Source: Chloroflexota bacterium (GTDB lineage: Bacteria; Chloroflexota; UBA11872). Taken from it: a DNA stretch of 64,000 bases. Location: contig CBDHGI010000006.1 of NCBI GenBank assembly GCA_965263075.1, positions 2,790,101-2,854,100 of the forward strand, in the 5' to 3' direction. Under the pieces are notes generated by a model. That model searched no databases. It saw nothing but the letters and a program-made list of their open reading frames with translations, and had not been told where the DNA came from. Positions 10,051 to 21,666 of the stretch are shown in pieces; position 1 is the first letter of the stretch; each line of letters starts with the position of its first letter. The position numbers and the translations under genes were made by a program.

Positions 10051-11067
10051 CTACCGGTCGATCGATGCCAGACCGTCGGAGACGCGCTCAACCACGCGGG
10101 ATTCGACGTCGCGGGCCGCGGCATTGAGGGCGTTTTCGACGGCAACGGCATGCGAGCGGCCGTGCCCGATGATGACCACGCCATCCACCCCCAGCAGTGG
10201 CGTGCCGCCGTACTGCGCGTAGTCGGTGCGGCGGCGGACCGCGCGAAACGCGGGATACATGAAGGCGAGGCCGGGCAGGGTGTAGGGCCGGCGGCGGACA
10301 GCGGTGCGGAGTTCGCCGACCGCGAACTCGGCGGTGGCCTCCATGGTTTTCAGGACGAGGTTGCCGGTGAACCCGTCACAGACCACGAGGTCCACCGTGC
10401 TATCGAACAGGCCGGACGGCTCGACGTTGCCAGCGAAGTCGAGCGGCGTGTCGGCCAGGAGTTCCGCGGCCGCCAGGGCGAGCGGGCTGCCCTTGGTGGC
10501 TTCCTCACCGATGCTCAGGACGCCAGCGCGAGGCTTCGGTGTCCCGTGCACTTGGCGCAAGTAGACCGCGCCCATCAGGCCGAAGTCGCGCAGATGTTCG
10601 GGCCGGGCCTCGGCGTTGGCCCCCGCGTCGATCAGGAGCGTTGGCGCCTCGCGACCTGGAATCAGGACCGCGAGGCCGGGTCGGTCCACCCCCTTGGCTC
10701 GGCCCACCACCAACACGCCGGCCGCCATGGTCGCGCCGGTGTTGCCCATGGACACCAGGGCCTGGGCCTCGCGCGAGCGGACCAGATCGGCGCAGCGGCG
10801 GATCGAAGCGTCGGGCGTCGAGCGCACGGCCTGCACGGGGTGCGCCCCCATCTCGATGGTCTTTGGGCCGGACTCGAGACGCCAGGCGGCCGGATTCTCA
10901 CCTCCGCTTGTCAGCAGGCCGCGCATGACATCGAGATCGCCGACCAGGATGGCGCGCTGGCCGGTTGACCTGGCCCAGCGGATGGCGCCTTCAATGGTGG
11001 CGTCGGGCGCCCGGTCGCCGCCCATGACATCCAGCGCAATGGCCGGTCTCTCGGCAGCGGCGGTCAT
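10051..11067 (-). CDS. plsX: Phosphate acyltransferase PlsX
   Basis: 338 aa; the sequence matches PlsX over its full length (DVMGGD...MGNTGA...DGFTGN). Confidence 0.9.
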   Translation of the reverse strand: MTAAAERPAIALDVMGGDRAPDATIEGAIRWARSTGQRAILVGDLDVMRGLLTSGGENPAAWRLESGPKTIEMGAHPVQAVRSTPDASIRRCADLVRSREAQALVSMGNTGATMAAGVLVVGRAKGVDRPGLAVLIPGREAPTLLIDAGANAEARPEHLRDFGLMGAVYLRQVHGTPKPRAGVLSIGEEATKGSPLALAAAELLADTPLDFAGNVEPSGLFDSTVDLVVCDGFTGNLVLKTMEATAEFAVGELRTAVRRRPYTLPGLAFMYPAFRAVRRRTDYAQYGGTPLLGVDGVVIIGHGRSHAVAVENALNAAARDVESRVVERVSDGLASIDR

Positions 11068-11077
11068 GCGGGGATCG

Positions 11078-13048
<1,971 letters not shown>

Positions 13049-13322
13049 TCAGCGGGACGGGTGCGCCTGATACTCGCGGGATCGGCGAGCCGGTAAGGCC
13101 TGCTCAATCACTGCGCGGACATGTGCGGCGGGGCAGCGGTTCCCGATAGGTTCTTACCGTTGATGCCCGAACCGCCTCCACTCACTTCCGTCCGGGATCA
13201 GATCGTCTGTCCGACGAAGTTATGGTACCACACCGCGACGGTTTCGGGGCGCAGCCGCAGTTCGCCGGAGCTGTATCCCCCAACGTTGTCGAGCCGTATG
13301 AAGCTACAAAAGACTGATCAGA

Positions 13323-14465
13323 CTATTCGATGAAGACGCCGTTTTCCTGGAGCAGGCTGCCGTCAAGGTAGAGCGCGGCGTCGGTGCGCAGGTCCTTGAC
13401 CATATCCCAGTGGACGGCGGACTGATTCTTGCCGCCGGTGAACTCGTAGGAACGGCCGACGGCCAGGTGCACCGTGCCGCCCATTTTCTCGTCGAAGAGG
13501 ATGTTCTTGGTGTGGCGCTTGATGCCGTCGTTGGTTCCGATGCCGATCTCGCCGAGCCGTCGCGCGCCTGGGTCGGTGTCGAGGATGGCGTTGAGAAAGT
13601 CGCCACCGCGCTCGGCGGTGGCTTCGACGATCAGCCCATCCTTGAAGGTGAGGGTGATGCCGTCGACCTGGCGGCCCTGGTAGATGGCTGGAAATTCGTA
13701 GGTGATGCGGCCGTTGACGCTGTCCTCGATCGGGGCCGTGAAGATTTCGCCGTCGGGCATGTTCTTTTTGCCGTCGGCCGGCTCCCAGATGCGGCCGGCG
13801 GTGCGAAGGGTGATGTCGGTATTGGGGCCGACGATGCGGATTTCCGAGCCGCCTTCGAGCCGGGTCTTCAGGGACGCCAGCCGTGCGGTCATTACCGACC
13901 AGTCGATGTTGGTGGCGCCGTACAGAAAATCGGCGTACTCGCTGAGCGACATCTCCGCCTCTTGGGCCAGGGCCTGGGTGGGGTAGTCGCACAGGACCCA
14001 GCGAACGTTCTCGATGATCTGGTCCATGACGGGACGCCGCGCGATCATGGTCTTGGCCAAGCGGGAGGGGTCGACGCTGGCGAGGGCGCGAGTGTTCTCG
14101 GCGGCGCGGATGCGGATGGCCGCCTGAATCGAGTCGGCCTGGAACTTGGCGATCGGGTCGAGGAACTCGAGCTGCTCGTCGCTGCCTTCAGCCAGCAGGA
14201 TTTCCTGGGCCTCCTCGAAGCCCACGTTGAGCCGCGGGTGTCCGCCGGCCGCCAGCACGCGCTGGTAGCAGGCCATCAGCAGCGGTCGGGCGTTGGCGGT
14301 GCCATCGATCAGCACCAGGTCGCCAGGTCCGACCTCGGTCGAGTGCTGCACTAGGATGTCGGCAAGCGCTTCCACGCGGGGATCGGTCACGGAGCTAGTC
14401 CTCAAGCGGGTCAGGGCGGCAGTGGCCCCATCCTCTAACGTCGCCCGCGCTTCGCTCAACTGCAT
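13323..14465 (-). CDS. Aminopeptidase, M29 family (AmpS/aminopeptidase T-like)
   Basis: Start MQLSEARA. Residues match the M29 thermophilic aminopeptidase family throughout (…EFTGGKNQSAVHWDMV). Confidence 0.75.
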   Translation of the reverse strand: MQLSEARATLEDGATAALTRLRTSSVTDPRVEALADILVQHSTEVGPGDLVLIDGTANARPLLMACYQRVLAAGGHPRLNVGFEEAQEILLAEGSDEQLEFLDPIAKFQADSIQAAIRIRAAENTRALASVDPSRLAKTMIARRPVMDQIIENVRWVLCDYPTQALAQEAEMSLSEYADFLYGATNIDWSVMTARLASLKTRLEGGSEIRIVGPNTDITLRTAGRIWEPADGKKNMPDGEIFTAPIEDSVNGRITYEFPAIYQGRQVDGITLTFKDGLIVEATAERGGDFLNAILDTDPGARRLGEIGIGTNDGIKRHTKNILFDEKMGGTVHLAVGRSYEFTGGKNQSAVHWDMVKDLRTDAALYLDGSLLQENGVFIE

Positions 14466-14515
14466 TTGCGAGAAGGGGGCGGCGAACGCTCGTCGGCCGC
14501 CGGGACGTCCGCGCG

Positions 14516-15085
14516 TTGGCCGCCATGCCTGATCTGCGGCCCTGGGAGATTCTGGGCTCGGAGACGGTCTACAGCGACCGCTGGCTGACCCACACGGTGG
14601 AGCAGGTGCGCCTGCCAAGCGGCTACGAGATTGCGCAATACCACCTGCTGGATCAGAACGATTTCTGCCTGGTCGTCGCGGTCACGCCCGCTCGCGAGGT
14701 CCCGCTGGTGCGACAGTACAAGCACGGCGCCCGCGACGTGGTGCTGGAGTTCCCCGCGGGCCTGGTGGACGAAGGCGAAGCTCCCAAAGCGGCGGCTGTG
14801 CGGGAACTGCGGGAAGAGACGGGCTATGCCGGGCGCGTGCTTGCCGCCGGGTCGCTGCTGACGGGCCCTTCGCGCAACCGTAACTGGGCGCACGTGTTTG
14901 TCGTTCTGGACGCCGAGCAGGTCGGCGAGCCGGCGCCGGAGGAAACCGAACAAATCGAGGTGGTCCTGACGCCCCTGGCCGGGCTGCCCGGGCTGATCGC
15001 CGCAGGCGCGATACGCGACATGGGTTCGCTGGCGACGTACACCTTGGCGCGGGCGGCATTCCCCGACCTTGGCTGGGAGGGTTGA
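14516..15085 (+). CDS. NUDIX hydrolase (ADP-ribose pyrophosphatase-like)
   Basis: Nudix box GLVDEGEAPKAAAVRELREETG. Confidence 0.8.
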   Translation: MAAMPDLRPWEILGSETVYSDRWLTHTVEQVRLPSGYEIAQYHLLDQNDFCLVVAVTPAREVPLVRQYKHGARDVVLEFPAGLVDEGEAPKAAAVRELREETGYAGRVLAAGSLLTGPSRNRNWAHVFVVLDAEQVGEPAPEETEQIEVVLTPLAGLPGLIAAGAIRDMGSLATYTLARAAFPDLGWEG

Positions 15086-15171
15086 CGCGGCCGCGGGCGG
15101 AGAGCGTGCGTAGTAGGTAGCATGCGCCCCCGAACGCCCGCGTTGCGCGCGACGGTCCCCACAACCCCCTG

Positions 15172-16245
15172 ATGGTGCACATTCGACCTGAGATCGCCGC
15201 GCTGCACGGCTACACGCCCGGTCACCAGCCAAGCGGGTCCGGCTGGATCAAGCTCAACACGAATGAGAGTCCGGCGGTGGCCCCGGGCGTACTGGCGCGA
15301 CTGCGGGCGGCCGTAACGGACGACGTGCGGCTGTACCCGAATCCGACCAGCGAGGAACTTCGGGAGCGGCTGGCGGCGCGTCACGATGTTTCACCCGAGC
15401 AGGTCATCGTGGGCAACGGGTCGGACGACGTGCTCAACCTGATTGTGCGCGCGGTGTGCGGTCCCGGGGCGCGGGTGGTCGCGCCGAATCCAAGCTACTC
15501 GCTGTATCCGGTGCTGACCGAGATCCAGGGCGCGCGGATGGTTCACTGTCCACTGGGGCCAGGGTTCGAGTTGCCCGTGCGGCAGCTGGCCGCGGCGCGC
15601 GGCGCGGTGACCTTTGTGGCCAGTCCCAACAATCCGGCCGGGACGCACTACGGGGTCGACGAGTTGCGCTGGCTGGCCGAGCGCACGAACCTGCTGGTGA
15701 TCGATGAGGCCTACGTGGAGTTTGCGTCGAGCGACCGAATGGACCTGGCGCGCACGCTCCCGAACGTGTGCGTGACGAGGTCGTTTTCAAAGGCGTTCGG
15801 CCTGGCCGGACTGCGGCTGGGCTACGCGGTGGGCGATCCGGAGTTCATCGGCGTTCTGCATCGCGTGAAGGATTCGTACAATGTCAGCCGGCTTGCGCAG
15901 GTGGCCGGAGTGGCGGCCTGCGACGAAATCGCGTGGGCGGAGGCGCACTGGGAGGCAACTCGCGTCCGGCGGGACGCATTTGCGGAGGAGCTCCGCGAAC
16001 GCTTTGATCTCCAGGTTTATCCATCCGAAGCGAATTTTGTGTTCGTTGAGTGCGCACCGCACGATGCGGGTGCGCTTCAGCGTGACCTCGCCAACCGTCG
16101 AATTCTCGTTCGCCGTTTCCCGGAGGAGCCACGGCATGCCAACGCCCTGCGCGTCTCGATTGGATCGGACGCCGACATGGGCACGCTGTTGGAAGCGCTC
16201 GGGGAGATTCTGGCGACAGGCCCGGTTCTCGCCGGCGAAGGTTGA
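15172..16245 (+). CDS. hisC: Histidinol-phosphate aminotransferase
   Basis: 357 aa, class II aminotransferase. The N-terminal L..Y.PG..P and the PLP-lysine region (SFSKAFGLAGLRLGY) match HisC. Confidence 0.85.
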   Translation: MVHIRPEIAALHGYTPGHQPSGSGWIKLNTNESPAVAPGVLARLRAAVTDDVRLYPNPTSEELRERLAARHDVSPEQVIVGNGSDDVLNLIVRAVCGPGARVVAPNPSYSLYPVLTEIQGARMVHCPLGPGFELPVRQLAAARGAVTFVASPNNPAGTHYGVDELRWLAERTNLLVIDEAYVEFASSDRMDLARTLPNVCVTRSFSKAFGLAGLRLGYAVGDPEFIGVLHRVKDSYNVSRLAQVAGVAACDEIAWAEAHWEATRVRRDAFAEELRERFDLQVYPSEANFVFVECAPHDAGALQRDLANRRILVRRFPEEPRHANALRVSIGSDADMGTLLEALGEILATGPVLAGEG

Positions 16246-16324
16246 GCTGATGTATCAGTCGTTCTTTGTCGCGTCACCATGCACCCAGCCATCGCGACGC
16301 ATGGTCCACAGGAAGGATTCGTAG

Positions 16325-18505
16325 TTGGAAGGTCTGGTCTGGCTTGTGCCCGCGGCGATCATCATTTCGGTGATCGTCGTCATTTATCTCGCGCGCGATG
16401 TTCTAACGCAGCCGGTTGATCGGTCGGCGGATTCTTCGCAACTCATCCCGGCCATGCAGCAGCTGGACGCTGAGCAAAGCTCGGAGTTGTATGGGCGGAT
16501 GTCGCTGAATGGCGACCGCATCTATGACGGAGCGACGGCGTTTCTGCAGCGGCAGTACCGCACGATCGCCTGGATGGCGATCGTGGCTGCCGGAGTCCTG
16601 GCGCTGCTGTTGCTGTTCTTCGGCGAGAACGCGGAGAAGGGCATCGAGGCCGGCGATATCGCCTGGCGCACTGGTGTCTCATTCCTGGTTGGCGCCGTGC
16701 TATCCGGCCTTTCCGGCGTGATTGGAATGATCATTGCCGTGCGGTCGAACGTGCGCACGGCCAGCGCCGCGACACGCTCGCTGGGTGACGCACTGACGAT
16801 TGCGCTGCGCGGCGGCGCCGTCTCCGGAATCCTGATCGTGGGGCTCAGCCTGCTGGGCGTCTTCGCGCTGTTCTGGGGGTTTGGCGGGTTTGAGAATCCG
16901 CAGCGTGCGCCCGAACTGATTGTCGGATTCGGGTTCGGCGCCAGCTTCGTGGCGCTTTTCGCGCAGTTGGGCGGCGGCATCTTTACAAAGGCCGCCGACG
17001 TCGGCGCCGACCTCGTAGGCAAACTGGAAGCGGGCCTGCCCGAAGACGATCCACGCAATCCGGCGGTGATCGCCGACCTAGTGGGCGACAACGTGGGCGA
17101 CTGCGCCGGTCGTGGGGCCGACCTCTTTGAATCCACGGCCGCCGAAAGCATCGGGGCCATGATCCTGGGTGTGGCCGTCTTCAAGGCGACGGGCGGAGAC
17201 AACATCGCCTGGATTCTGTTCCCGCTGGTGGTGCGGTCGTTCGGGGCGCTCGCTTCGATCGTGGGACTGCTGGTGATCCGGCCGGACCGCGTGCGCAACG
17301 CGCAACGGGCGCTGGACGTGGGCTACTGGACGACGGCCGCGCTGGCCGCGGTCGGAATGGCTATTTCCGCGATCGTGATGCTGGGGTCATGGTGGTTCTT
17401 CCTGGCCGGATCCATCGGCATCCTCACCAGCGTGGCGTTCGTGTACATCACGCAGTACTACACAGCGTTCAACCGTCCGGTCCGCGAGATTGCCGAGGCG
17501 TCCCGCACCGGGCCGGCCACCAACATCATCGCCGGGCTGGCCGTGGGGTTCGAAAACACGGCGATGCCGATCATCGTCATTTCCGTGGCGCTCTGGTCGT
17601 CGTTCCAGGTGGGCATTCTGGCCTTCGCCGATCTGGGAGTCGAGATTGGCGACTTTCAGGCCGGAGTATTCGGGACAGCCGTCGCCACCATGGGCATGCT
17701 GATGAGCGCCGCCTACATCCTGGCCATGGACACCTTTGGGCCAATCGCCGACAACGCAGGCGGGATCACGGAAATGGCCGAGGCGCCCGAGGACGTGCGC
17801 GACGTGACCGACGGCCTGGACGCCGTGGGCAACACGACCAAAGCGCTGACCAAGGGCTATGCCATCGGGTCGGCGGCGCTGGCGGCCTTCCTGCTGTTTA
17901 GCGCCTATCTGGAAACCGCGGGCCTTGAAGAGGTTGACCTCTCCAAGGTTGAGGTCTTCATTGGCGCCCTGCTGGGCGGCATGCTTGTCTTCCTGTTCAG
18001 TTCGCTGGCGATCCGTGCGGTTGGACGTGCTGCCCAGGCGATGATCCAGGAGGTACGGCGGCAGTGGCGGGAAGAGCCGGGAATCCTTGCGGGCACGGTC
18101 GAGCCGAACTACAGCCAAGCGGTGGATATCAGCACACGCTCGGCGCTGCGGGAAATGATCGCGCCCGGTTTGCTGGCCGTGTTGATGCCGATCGTGGTCG
18201 GTCTGGTGCTGCGCGCCGAGGCCGAGGCGGCGCTGCTGATGGTTGGAACCATCGTCGGCGTGCTGCTGGCGACGGTCATGAACAACGGCGGCGGCGCCTG
18301 GGACAACGCCAAGAAGTTCATTGAGGCGGGTCACTTACGCGACGCGGACGGCAAGTCGATCGGCAAGGGCACGGACGAGCACGCCGCATCGGTCGTGGGC
18401 GACACCGTGGGTGACCCATTCAAGGACACCGCGGGTCCGTCGCTGCACGTGCTGGTCAAGCTCCTGAGCACGATCACCCTGGTGCTCGCGCCGGTGTTCA
18501 TCTAG
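16325..18505 (+). CDS. hppA: Membrane-bound proton-translocating pyrophosphatase (H+-PPase)
   Basis: 726 aa, about 16 transmembrane segments. Signature GGIFTKAADVGADLVGK...DNVGDCAGRGADLFES. Confidence 0.95.
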   Translation: MEGLVWLVPAAIIISVIVVIYLARDVLTQPVDRSADSSQLIPAMQQLDAEQSSELYGRMSLNGDRIYDGATAFLQRQYRTIAWMAIVAAGVLALLLLFFGENAEKGIEAGDIAWRTGVSFLVGAVLSGLSGVIGMIIAVRSNVRTASAATRSLGDALTIALRGGAVSGILIVGLSLLGVFALFWGFGGFENPQRAPELIVGFGFGASFVALFAQLGGGIFTKAADVGADLVGKLEAGLPEDDPRNPAVIADLVGDNVGDCAGRGADLFESTAAESIGAMILGVAVFKATGGDNIAWILFPLVVRSFGALASIVGLLVIRPDRVRNAQRALDVGYWTTAALAAVGMAISAIVMLGSWWFFLAGSIGILTSVAFVYITQYYTAFNRPVREIAEASRTGPATNIIAGLAVGFENTAMPIIVISVALWSSFQVGILAFADLGVEIGDFQAGVFGTAVATMGMLMSAAYILAMDTFGPIADNAGGITEMAEAPEDVRDVTDGLDAVGNTTKALTKGYAIGSAALAAFLLFSAYLETAGLEEVDLSKVEVFIGALLGGMLVFLFSSLAIRAVGRAAQAMIQEVRRQWREEPGILAGTVEPNYSQAVDISTRSALREMIAPGLLAVLMPIVVGLVLRAEAEAALLMVGTIVGVLLATVMNNGGGAWDNAKKFIEAGHLRDADGKSIGKGTDEHAASVVGDTVGDPFKDTAGPSLHVLVKLLSTITLVLAPVFI

Positions 18506-18567
18506 GCACGTTGCCCTTGGGCCGCCCGCAGGGGGCCGCTCCGGCGCCGAGCCGGGGCGGCTGACTC

Positions 18568-19377
18568 ATGTGGGTCGAGGTGGTCCTGCTGGCGGCGGTG
18601 CAGGCGCTGACCGAGTTCCTACCGGTCAGCAGTTCGGGGCATCTGTTGCTGGTTCCGGCGCTGGCGGGCTGGACCGACCCTTTCCTGACAGGGCTGACGC
18701 TTTCAGTCGCGCTGCACCTGGGGACGGGGCTGGCGCTGGTGATCGCGCTCTGGTCCGACTGGGTGTGGCTGGCGCGCGGGGCGCTGGGCATCGGTCCCTC
18801 GGCGCCGCTGGCCCGCCGGCTGCTGCTGGCTCTGGTGGGATCGACGCTGCTGATCGGCGCGATCGCGGTGCCGCTGCGCGGCTGGCTGACGACGTTGCGC
18901 GACCCGATGCTGACGGCCGTATTGCTGATCGTCTTTGGCGTCGTGCTGGCGGCGGCGGACCGATATGGCGCAAGCCGGCGTGATCTGACGACCACGCCGC
19001 TGCTGATTTGGGTCGCGGTCGGCCTGGCGCAGATCGCGGCGCTGGTTCCCGGCGTTTCACGAGCCGGAATCACGATGACGGTGGCGCGGGGTCTGGGCGT
19101 GGAGCGTGCGGCCGCGGCCAGATTCTCGCTCTTCCTGTTGGCGCCGGCGGTCGCGGGCGCGGGTCTGGTGCAATTCGTCGACGTGGCGGCCAGCGGCAAG
19201 CCGCCAGGCGACATCCCGCTGTTGATCGGGGCAACCCTGGTCGCGGCGGTGGTGGGCGTGGCGGCAGTGCGCTGGCTGCTGGGATTCGTCGAACGCCGAA
19301 GTCTGGCGGCGTTCGCGGTCTACCGGGTGGGCGCGGGAGCGCTGGCGCTGATCCTGCTACTCACCCTGAACGGCTAA
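18568..19377 (+). CDS. uppP: Undecaprenyl-diphosphatase
   Basis: 269 aa. BacA/UppP motifs LTEFLPVSSSGH and ...PGVSRAG. Confidence 0.9.
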   Translation: MWVEVVLLAAVQALTEFLPVSSSGHLLLVPALAGWTDPFLTGLTLSVALHLGTGLALVIALWSDWVWLARGALGIGPSAPLARRLLLALVGSTLLIGAIAVPLRGWLTTLRDPMLTAVLLIVFGVVLAAADRYGASRRDLTTTPLLIWVAVGLAQIAALVPGVSRAGITMTVARGLGVERAAAARFSLFLLAPAVAGAGLVQFVDVAASGKPPGDIPLLIGATLVAAVVGVAAVRWLLGFVERRSLAAFAVYRVGAGALALILLLTLNG

Positions 19378-19431
19378 AAAAAGCGGCGGCGCAGCCGCCG
19401 ATCGTCCATATAATCGCTTCTCCCAGGCGAG

Positions 19432-20469
19432 GTGCGTATGCGCATAGGGATACTCAACGCCACCGGCTACGCCGGCGGCGAACTGGTTCGATATCTGGCC
19501 GGCCACCCGGAATTCGAGATATCCGGCGTTACCGCGCGCAGTCTGGCCGGACGCCGTCTGCACGAGGTGTTTCCGTGGCTGCGCGCCAGCGGCCGAGCCG
19601 CGTACGCCGATCTGGAACTGACAGCCGAGTTGAACGGCAGCGCCGATCTGGTGATCTCCTGCCTGCCGCACAAGGCTTCGGCAGCGCAGCTGGCGCCGTT
19701 CCTGGACGACGGGGTCCGCTGTATCGACGTCAGCTCCGATTTCCGGTTACGGGACCCGGCGGACTACATGCACTGGCACGGCGTGGAGCACGCGGCGCCC
19801 GAGTGGATCGAGTCGGCCGTTTATGGGTTGACGGAGTGGCATCGCGACCAGATTCGCGAGACCGACCTGGTGGCTAACCCGGGCTGCCACGCCATCACGG
19901 CGGCGCTGGCGCTGGCGCCGGCGGCGCGGGCCGACCTGCTGGCCGGTCACGTGATGGTGGACTCGAAGACGGGAGTCTCTGGGGCGGGGCGCTCGGCGTC
20001 ACCCGCGTATGGGTTTTCCGAGATCAACGAGGACGCCGCGGCCTATGGCGTGGCTAAGCACTACCAAAGCCCCGAAATTGCGCAGGAGTTGAGCGGCCTG
20101 GGGGACTCGCAAATCGAGGTGACGTTTGTGCCGCACCTGGTCCCCATGACGCGCGGCATCCTGATTACGGCCTACGGGGCGCTGCGCGAGGATGTTGCGC
20201 CGACACAGGTCGAGCAGGCCTACCGCGACGCCTATGAGGACGAGCCGTTTGTGCACCTCGCCGGGGAACCACCGCACACGAAGTGGACGTCCGGCGGCAA
20301 CCACGCTTTTGTTCACTGGACCGTCGATGAAGCCACCCAAACGCTGGTTGCCATGGCGGCTATCGACAACCTGGGGAAGGGCGCGGCCGGTAGCGCGGTC
20401 CAGAACGCGAACGTGATGGTCGGGATCGACGAGCATGTCGGTCTGGCGATTCCGCCGAGTCACCCCTAG
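19432..20469 (+). CDS. argC: N-acetyl-gamma-glutamyl-phosphate reductase
   Basis: 345 aa. NAD(P)-binding N-terminus (GILNATGYAGGEL) and an active-site Cys region (ANPGCHAIT). Confidence 0.95.
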   Translation: MRMRIGILNATGYAGGELVRYLAGHPEFEISGVTARSLAGRRLHEVFPWLRASGRAAYADLELTAELNGSADLVISCLPHKASAAQLAPFLDDGVRCIDVSSDFRLRDPADYMHWHGVEHAAPEWIESAVYGLTEWHRDQIRETDLVANPGCHAITAALALAPAARADLLAGHVMVDSKTGVSGAGRSASPAYGFSEINEDAAAYGVAKHYQSPEIAQELSGLGDSQIEVTFVPHLVPMTRGILITAYGALREDVAPTQVEQAYRDAYEDEPFVHLAGEPPHTKWTSGGNHAFVHWTVDEATQTLVAMAAIDNLGKGAAGSAVQNANVMVGIDEHVGLAIPPSHP

Positions 20470-20471
20470 AT

Positions 20472-21662
20472 GAGACCTTTGAATAATGCGCCCTGAGCAG
20501 CGCCGAGGGGCGGCCGCCGGGCCGCGACGGGGTCGCGAGGGGTGGGGTAGCTCGGGTCGCCACCCGCCGAGGGCTACCCACAGCCCACCGCGCCGAGGTG
20601 AGGGCGCAGTGCGCCTAGGGCGAGGCGGGCGCGCCGGCCAGCAAGCGGTCCGCGCGGCGCAGGTTGTAGGCCAGCAGCTTGAACCACATCTCGGTCGTAT
20701 TGCGGGCCAGGCCCCGGTAGCGCACCCGCTGGTAGCCGTACGAGCGTTTCAACGTGCCAAACACGTGCTCCACCGGCCGCCGCACCTGTTCGATCCGGGC
20801 GTGGCGGCGGCGCGCCGTCGGGCCCAGCCGGGGATGATGTTTGTTGGGCCGCCGCATCAGCCGATCCGCGATCCCCAGCGCCCGCAGCCGGGTGCTGCGC
20901 GCGTGCGTGCCATAGGCCGCATCCCCATACACCGCCCCCTCGTCCCCCGCGATCAGCCCGTCCGCCACCTCGGTCTCGTTCACGTTCGCCGGCGTCAGCA
21001 TCGCGCGCCGGATCAGTTCCGAGTCGGCGTCCACGCCCAGGTGCAGCTTGTAGCCGAAGCGGGCGTGCGGGCCCCGGCGGGCCCAGGCCGCGTCCGGGTC
21101 CCTGGGGCTGCCCGCGCCTGCGCCGCCTCCCCGCGGGCGGCGCACCTGCGCGGCCACCAACGTCGCGTCCACCAGCGTGCCCTGCTTGACCAGCATCCCC
21201 CGCGCGGCCAGTTGCTGCTCCACCGCCGCGAACCGCGGCTCGGCCACGCCCGCCGCCGTCAGCCGCGTGCGGAACCGGCTGATCGTCGAGTGATCCGGCG
21301 CGTCGTCTTGCAGCCCCAACCCCACGAAGCGCCGGAACGACAGCCGCTCCCACAACGCCTCTTCCATCGCAGGGTCCGAGGCCTGGTACCACTGCTGGAG
21401 CAGCAGCACTTTCACCATCAGCAGCGGCGGATAACTCGGCCGCCCGACCGGCGCGGCGTGCAGACCCGCCACCAGCGCCTCCAGCGGCGCCCAGTCGATG
21501 AGTTGCGTCAGCCGCTCCAGCCGGCGTTGCGGCCAACCCGCGGCGGCAGCCAGGCGTCGATGAGTTCCGGCGAATGGGTGGAACGGTGCATGGCCACGAC
21601 CCTCGGCGGCGGGGGAGATGGTCTTCACCATGCGCCTCACGCCAGGGTTTTGCAAAGGTCTC
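20472..21662 (-). mobile_element. IS5-family insertion sequence (about 1.19 kb) inserted at the argC/argJ junction
   Basis: Perfect 10-bp terminal inverted repeats GAGACCTTTG (20472..20481) and CAAAGGTCTC (21653..21662). Flanking direct repeat CTAGAT (20466..20471 and 21663..21668; CTAG is the core). One DDE transposase ORF inside. The element separates the argC stop (TAG 20467..20469) from the argJ start ATG 21667. Confidence 0.85.
20615..21631 (-). CDS. IS5-family DDE transposase
   Basis: Probable start MVKTISPAAEG (ATG at 21631). N-terminal 'transposase InsH' domain (LLMVKVLLLQQWYQASD) and DDE_Tnp_1 C-terminal region (...FGTLKRSYGYQRVRYRGLARN). Confidence 0.85.
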   Translation of the reverse strand: MVKTISPAAEGRGHAPFHPFAGTHRRLAAAAGWPQRRLERLTQLIDWAPLEALVAGLHAAPVGRPSYPPLLMVKVLLLQQWYQASDPAMEEALWERLSFRRFVGLGLQDDAPDHSTISRFRTRLTAAGVAEPRFAAVEQQLAARGMLVKQGTLVDATLVAAQVRRPRGGGAGAGSPRDPDAAWARRGPHARFGYKLHLGVDADSELIRRAMLTPANVNETEVADGLIAGDEGAVYGDAAYGTHARSTRLRALGIADRLMRRPNKHHPRLGPTARRRHARIEQVRRPVEHVFGTLKRSYGYQRVRYRGLARNTTEMWFKLLAYNLRRADRLLAGAPASP

Positions 21663-21666
21663 CTAG

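Noticed and set aside
10000-10968. 322-aa plus-strand ORF
   Set aside because: It is antisense to plsX.
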